Part shown: piece by piece, positions 52,538 to 64,000 of the stretch
How positions within the stretch are numbered: the first letter of the stretch is position 1
Layout of the letters: each line of letters starts with the position of its first letter
Assembly: GCF_009914755.1 (NCBI RefSeq)
Contig: NC_060940.1
Source: the human T2T-CHM13v2.0 reference genome, Homo sapiens
Reading direction: 5' to 3' (one strand)
DNA length: 64,000 nucleotides
Notes under the pieces: generated by a model
What the model was told of the DNA's origin: nothing
Databases searched by the model: none
Seen by the model: the letters and a program-made list of their open reading frames with translations, nothing else
Made by a program: the position numbers and the translations under genes

Positions 52538-53137
<600 letters not shown>

Positions 53138-53161
53138 TGAGTGTCTCCCCTTTTCCTCTAG

Positions 53162-53425
<264 letters not shown>

Positions 53426-53911
53426 TGATTCACCCACCTCGGCCTCCCAAAGTGCTAGGATTAGAGGCGTGAGCCTCTGGGCCTGGCCTTGTGGTTCTTT
53501 ATTATTATTCCTTCTGCTTGCTCTGTTTACCTCCTGGCCTAGCCTGGTATGGGAGGAAGTTCTGGGAATGAAAAAATAAATAGATGTTTCTCTCTGGCTT
53601 TCCCACACTTCTCAACCATATACACATATTTAAGAGTGACTTAAAGCAAAGAAAGAACAACTTCTAGGAAACAGGAATGGCAGACTATAGGTACCAATGA
53701 GGCACGTTCAGTAAACTCGTCAGAAAATGCTCTCTACCACCCCAACAGAGGCTGTTAAGAACTTATGTACAGGCTGAGCACAGGGGCTTATTATATTTAT
53801 AATCCCAGGATTTTGGGAGGCCAAGGTGAGACGATTGCTTGATCCTAGGAGTTCGAGTCCATCCTGGACAACATAGTGAGACCCCATCTCTACAGATAAT
53901 TTTAAAAATCA

Positions 53912-54221
<310 letters not shown>

Positions 54222-54519
54222 TCAGGCCAGGTGTGACGGTTCACACCTATAATTCCAGCAATGTGGGAGGCTGAGGCAGGCAGGTCACTTGAGCCCAGAA
54301 ATTTGAGACCAGCCCGGCCAAAATGGGGAAACCCCATCTCTACCAAAAATACAAAAAAATTAGCCAGGTGTGGTGCAGTCCCAGCTACTGGGTCTAAGGT
54401 GGGAGGATGGCTCGAGCCCAGGAGGCCGAGGTTCCAGTGAGCTGAGATTGCACCACTGCACTCCAGCCTGGGTGACAGAGCAAGCCCCTTTCTCAAAAGC
54501 AAGCAAGCAAACAAACAAA

Positions 54520-56000
54520 CAGAAGAATTTATGTGCAAAGGTCCTGCACATTGCTGCTGGGGATCTAAAATGGTACAGCTGCTTCAGAAAACAGTGTGGC
54601 AGGTCTTCAAACAATTAAACAGTTACTGTGTAAACCAGAAATTTCACTTCCAGGTATATGCCCAAGAGAAGCGAAAACACATGTCCATATGAAATTCTGC
54701 CCACAGAATGTTCATAGCAGCATCGTTTGTTAAAGCCAAAATACAGAAACAACCCAAATACCCATCAGCTGGGGAATGGATAAGCACATCGTTGTTTTAC
54801 CCACACAATGAAATATGACTCAGCCGTAAAAAGGAATGACGTGGATACACGCTACGACATGGATGAATCTTGAAGACATGATACTAAATGAAATAAGCCA
54901 GACATAAAAGGCCACATATTGTCCGAGCTCATTTATATGAATATGAATTTCCAGAATAGGCAAATCCAAAGAAATAGAACGTAGATTAGTGGTTGCCAGG
55001 GGCTGGAGGCATGGATATGGGAGGTGATTATTAATAGGTAGGGGGCTTCTTTGTGGTATTGAAAATGTTCTGAGCCCAGGCACGGTGGCTCACACCTGTA
55101 ATCCCAGCACTTTGGGAGGCCGAGGCTGGCAGATCACCTGAGATCAGGAGTTCGAGACCACCCTGGCCAACATGGAAAAACTCATCCCTACTAAAAATAC
55201 AAAAATTATCTGGGTGTGGTGGCAGGCACCTGTAATCCCAGCTACTCAGGATGCTGAGGCAAAAGAATCATTTGAACTCGGGAGGCGGAGGTTGCAGTGA
55301 GCCAAGATCACGCCACTGCACTCCAGCCTGGGTGAGAGAGCAAGACTCTGGCTCAAAACAAAACAAAACAAAACAAAAAACAAAACAAACAAACAAAAAA
55401 CAGAAAAGAAAAGAAAAAAAGAAAAAGAAAATGTTCTAGGGCTGGGTGTGGTGGCTCACACCTGTAATCCTAGCACTTCGGGAAGCCAAGGTGGGTGGAT
55501 TGCTTGAGCCTAGGAGTTTGAGAACAACCTGAGCCACATAGCAAAACCCCGTCTCTATTAAAAAAAAAAAAAAGAAGGCCGGGTGTGGTGGCTAATACCT
55601 GTAATCCCAACACTTTGGAAAACCGAGGTGGGCAAATGACAAGGTCAGAAGTTCCAGACCAGCCTGGCTAACATGGTGAAACCCCGCTTCTACTAAAAAT
55701 ACAAAAAATTAGCCAGGCATGGTGGCGTGCTCCTGTAGTCCCAGCTGCTTAAGAGGCTGAGGCAGGAGAATCACTTAAACCCGGGAGGGGGAGGGTGCAG
55801 TTAGCCGAGATCTGCCACTGCACTCCAGCCTGGGCGATGGAGCGAGACGCTCTCTCAAAAAAAAAAGAAAGAAAAAAAATATTCTGGAATTAGTGACGAT
55901 GTTTGCACAACTCTCTGAATATACTAAAAAACGTTTAATTGTACGATTTAAAATGGCTAATTTTATGGCACATGAAATATATCTTCATTGTTAAAAAAAT
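54520..56000 (+). mobile_element. Old L1 (L1M-type) 3' end, interrupted by several Alus
   Basis: aaatggtacagctgcttcagaaaacagtgtggcag...ggatgaatcttgaagacatgatactaaatgaaataagccagac...agtggttgccaggggctgg. Confidence 0.8.
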
Positions 56001-56229
56001 AATTTATTTACAATGGACAAGTTCAATCTTCTGATAGAAGGAACCCACTCGGAGAAAGTAACTTTAATTAAAGGTGGCTACTTAATTGCATCTCCAAATT
56101 AAGGTACAGTTGGAGTACCTGGGCATCAGACCTAGCAATGCTCTCTGCTTCCTTGCTAAAATGAAAACATTTCCCCAACACTACAAAATTGTTTTTAAAA
56201 TATCAAATCTTTTTGCAGGACAAAGGCAT

Positions 56230-58130
<1,901 letters not shown>

Positions 58131-58348
58131 ACAGATCCGGGACACACGTTACAAGCGTACCAGAGACCATTTAGCAACAGAAGAGGGGCAGCACTCTTAG
58201 CATTCTTGAATCCTGTGGGCAATAATTTCCTGGTTTCCAGGAAAAATAACTCTTTACAATGATCCTTCAACATGATGGAGTATGTCACCTTTATGAAATC
58301 TTTTGCAATTTAGAAAAACAACAATACCAAATTGCTGCTCTTGTATAG

Positions 58349-58585
<237 letters not shown>

Positions 58586-59061
58586 TGAAAGAATCTTTCA
58601 ACTGGGACAGGAAGGGTGAGCTGCATAATACGTCACCGTTCACACAGTCATACCTCCAGAAGGGCAGGAAAAGAAAACAAAACAAAACCATACATCCAAG
58701 TCAGACAGATCCAGGTTGAAATCCCACCTTTCCTACTTTCTAGCTCTGTGGTTCTAGGTAAATGATTTCATCTCTGTGAGCCTTGGTTTCCTTCTTTGTA
58801 CGTTGTGAATAATTATACCTACTTCAGAGAGCTGTTTTGACGATTAAATAAAACACAACTTCGGTTGTGAAGAGAGCGCTGTGTGGGTGGTGCTGGTGGC
58901 TGTTATTAACCTGCAGTCTGTGTGCTCATATCCCTCTTCCTGCAGGCAGCCCAGCACGCTGACTCTTCCATGGGTGGGAGGTCGATCACGAGTGCCCAGC
59001 TTGTTGCCCTCCGAGCCATGACGACGTGGGTTGAGGTTTTGGAGTGTAGTATGTGTTTTCA

Positions 59062-59582
<521 letters not shown>

Positions 59583-59834
59583 TCAGGGTGGAGGTCACTG
59601 GTGTCGCGAACAGAGTCTCACGTTGGGAATCAGGAGACACAGCTCTGGTCCCAGCCCTGCCCCTCACTTGCTTGTGATTTTGGGGAATTAATGTCCTCTG
59701 TCTATGCCTGAGTTTCCCCTCCTGTTAAATGAGGGCTCTGAGCTACAATGATCTCTCAAGTTCCCTAAAGTCTAACACCGCTCCAGCCTCTTCATAGTTC
59801 AATGACTGATGAGGAATAGGCCAAAGCGACTCAC

Positions 59835-59966
59835 CTGATAGTATTTTTGCTCCTCACTGAAGGCCACCAGGATGACAGAGATAAACAGGTTCAGCACCAC
59901 AAATGTCATAAAAACAATGCAGGATCCAATGAGGAAGGAGCCAAGCACTGGGCTATAGTCCAGGAC
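59835..59966 (-). CDS. PKD1L2: PKD1L2 penultimate exon, last TM helix (VLDYSPVLGSFLIGSCIVFMTFVVLNLFISVILVAFSEEQKYYQ)
   Basis: Acceptor tttctttctgacag|GTC, donor CAG|GTGAGT, 132 nt. LNLFISVI is an S6-like polycystin motif. Confidence 0.93.
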
Positions 59967-60466
59967 CTGTCAGAAAGAAAGCCAGGGTCATCCAGTGTCC
60001 TGGGTCCCAGTAGCCACTTCCCCTACTGGGAACCCTCAGAGGGAAAATGGTCCTCAGAGTTAGGCAGAGCCTAGAGCCTGGAAGGTCCCCTCTGCCTGGG
60101 GCTGAGAGAGCTGGGCAAGGAGAGAACGGGCAGCCCCTCACTTTCCACGGCTGCCACCTCCAAAGACGGCTGCCCTTTCTGCCCAGGGTAGGGGGTGTTT
60201 CCTTTGGGAGACCCCTGTACAGCCCTCCCCTGAGTAGCCAGCACCCAATGTTCCTCTGTGAGCAGGGATCCCAAGGGCAAGCTGTGGGCTCTAGCAGGGG
60301 TGTCTACCTAGAGGAGGGGGAACATTTCTGTTTGTCCAGACTTGCCCGGTGCTTGCCAGGCCATGGGCCCAAGGGATGGCACGGGGCGGGGTGGACAGGG
60401 AGTGCTTTTTCTAATCTTCACAGAGGCTCCGTATAGATGGCAGCAACCGTGCCCTCACCCCGTTAC

Positions 60467-61362
<896 letters not shown>

Positions 61363-62450
61363 TCAAGTTTCTGGAAGTGCTGCCTGGATGACCTTGTCCA
61401 GGACCTTTATTGTGTCCATGGCCTGTTGATGATGCCTATCTCTGTGCCCACCAGGATGAGGGAGTGCCCAGGGTGCCTCTGGGGCTCAGGCAGCCACCTG
61501 CTAAGCCACCGCAGTGTTCCCCAGATGCGGTGCAAATACCTGACAATGAGTCTGGGCACTCTGCGGCTCCAAACCCTTCGCTCTGGTGAACTGGGTTGAA
61601 TGGATGATGGGCTTCTGCCTGGGTGAGGCCCTCCCCTCACTGCATTTTCCCTCACCACAACCCCTCACTCCCAAGACTTTCCCAGGGCTGCAGTGTCAGA
61701 GGGAGGCCCAGCAGCCCCTGGCTCTGTCTCTGAGTTGATGACTTTTGGTCCCATGGGACACTGCAATGTCCCTGCAGCCCAGACACTGCATGGAGGTCTG
61801 AAGAAATTCACATTAGGATTTAGACGGGAGCTTTCACCAAAATCACAGACTCCAACTTTCCAGAACACACCCCCATCACTCCCTCAGTGCACCCCACCTG
61901 TTTCCAGGGGTGGGAGAGGAAGATCGGGTGGGGCTAGGGATGGAAGGGGTCAAGCCTGAGGTGACAGGGAGGCAGAGTGGGGTGAGGGTTGGGGTGGAGT
62001 GGGGACTAGGATGCGATGGGCTGGTGGATAGGATGATCAGGGAGGAGAGGAAGGCAAGAGACTGGATGGAGCCAGGGTGAGGATGGGGAAGGCCCTGGGG
62101 TAGGGAGTGGGCCAGGATTGTGCTAAAGGCCAGAGATGAACGGAAGGCCAGGGCTCGCATGGGAACATGGTGGGCAGTAGGGGGTGTATTTAGAAGGACA
62201 TCAGGATGTGGTGGGGGCCAGGATGTAAGAGGGGCTTTGTTTCTCACATGATCATAAAAAAGAATTGAAAATTTAATGTTTTTGGCTGGGCGCGGTGGCT
62301 CACGCCTGTAATCCCAGCGCTTTGGGCGGCCAAGGTAGGCAGATTACCTGAGGTCAGGAGTTTGAGACCAACATGATGAAACACTGTTTTTACCAAAAAT
62401 ACAAAAATTGGCCGGGTGTCGTGGCACATGCCTATAGTCCCAGCTACTCA

Positions 62451-62639
<189 letters not shown>

Positions 62640-63443
62640 TCACCTGAAGTCAGGAGATCGAGACCAGCCTGACCAACATGGTGAAACCCTGTCTCTACTA
62701 CAAATACAAAATTAGCCAGGCATGGTGGTGTACACCAGCAATCCCAGCTACTCAGGAGAATGAGGCAAGAGAATCGCTTGAACCTGGGCGGTGAAGGTTG
62801 CAGTGAGCCTAGATCGTGCCACTGCACTCCAACCTGGGCAGCAGAACAAGACTCCGTCTCAACAACAAAAAAGAAAATTCAATGTTTTCATTTATGTTTT
62901 TCTACACAGGGCCATGCTTGTCAATGTGCTCTTAAAGTGCTGAGTGAAGTGGCATTGGCCCTCCCAAGCTCATGAGTCATGTTTTGGACAACAAGCACTG
63001 GCATGGCCTGTGGATGTATCTACCTTCACATCCCCACCTCTGCCCCAACTCAAGGACGTGGTGGCCCCATCCATCCCCCAGCATAGCAGCAGTGCTCTGT
63101 GTGTGTCTAGGAGTTAGCCCTGTGCCTTCTGACCAGTTGGGAAGCCAGGATAACTGGCACATCCAGGAGGGGTCTAGAGCCAGAAAGGAATTCTTCCCAA
63201 ACCTGGATCCTTTCAGCACTAGAGCCTATGCCTCCTCACCCTATCCACCTGAGCTCTCCAGCCTTTGCCATTTGAGATGACTGGTGCATGAGCTCACAGC
63301 AAAGAGACCCTGTACTTACAAGAGCCACCACCTTCCTTGGGTTCCCAGGGCCTCCCTAACCCTAACTGTCCACTTTCCCACCACCAATTAGCCTTGGTTT
63401 CTGCAGAGACCCGCCCCGAACTTTTCCCAAAGCAGATACTTAC

Positions 63444-63654
63444 CGCGATGGAGTAAGCCAGGAGCATGGTAAGGATGACAATGATAAAGCCTGAAATGTC
63501 GCCCCAGGCACGGCGTAGGGCTGCCGTGATCATGTTCATTTTGGGATTCAACCTGAGCAGATGCCAAAGCTTCACTGTGGACAGGAGTACCAGGAAGGCA
63601 ATGATGTAGCCAAGGGCGGCATCGGCTGCTGCTGTCTCACTGAAGCTGATGCCT
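63444..63654 (-). CDS. PKD1L2: PKD1L2 exon with S4-S5-like helices (GISFSETAAADAALGYIIAFLVLLSTVKLWHLLRLNPKMNMITAALRRAWGDISGFIIVILTMLLAYSIA)
   Basis: Acceptor ttttggtcccacag|A GGC, donor GCG|GTAAGT, 211 nt. Polycystin cation-channel signature. Confidence 0.93.
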
Positions 63655-63837
63655 CTGTGGGACCAAAATGCAAAGGCTGGGTCTCAGAGACCTTGAGCAG
63701 TTCAGCCAGAACTCATCTGGATGCAAGACTGGATTTATCGGCATTTCGGGATGTGGGATTAGTTCTATCATCATCTCATAGGCCATCAGGTCCAGAAACA
63801 GGTCTGGGAAAGAGAGCCATCCCAGTTCCCTCAGGTA

Positions 63838-63990
63838 GGTGGTGATGATGATGATGATGAGGAGGAGGAGGAGGATGCTGGGAATTGTGGTGTGAGAGTG
63901 ATAATGACAATGACAGTGATGATGATGGTGATGATGCTGAAGATGATGGTGATGGTGACAAAGATGATAATGGTAGTTGGACTTCATGGT
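63838..63990. repeat. Compound (GAT)n/(GAG)n/(GGT)n trinucleotide repeat
   Basis: gatgatgatgatgatgaggaggaggaggaggatg and degenerate continuation. Confidence 0.95.
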
Positions 63991-64000
63991 GTGCACTGGT

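Noticed and set aside
63637-63996. His-rich 119-aa ORF
   Set aside because: Translation of the intronic (GAT)n/(CAT)n microsatellite.

Overview
This is primate, almost certainly human, genomic DNA. From protein sequence and gene order I recognise it as the 16q23.2 C16orf46-GCSH-PKD1L2 interval. All three genes lie in tandem on the minus strand. (1) C16orf46 is complete, with a CpG-island promoter near 28.8 kb, two probable non-coding exons, a 395-aa main ORF and an alternative 388-aa form using a distal last exon near 5.6 kb. (2) GCSH, the glycine cleavage system H protein, is complete: 5 exons, 173 aa, lipoyl-Lys107. (3) Only the last four coding exons of PKD1L2 are present, and they are in frame. 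The rest is dense repeat: about 80 Alu pieces by manual count, L1, L3/CR1, MIR, MLT1, MER20, MER21, Tigger3/4, a MADE1 half, a solo MER41 LTR, a U6 retrocopy and simple repeats. Nearly all ORFs in the supplied track are Alu, L1 or microsatellite read-throughs. I found no CRISPR array, no new protein-coding gene and no convincing undescribed system. The best leads are regulatory: a MER41 LTR with STAT-type motifs about 1.3 kb upstream of GCSH, two RFX X-boxes and an overlapping uORF at C16orf46, and a spliced basic C-terminal switch. Several small templated-insertion and duplication scars are also visible. Repeat family names and boundaries come from my recall of consensus sequences, not from a search, and are approximate.
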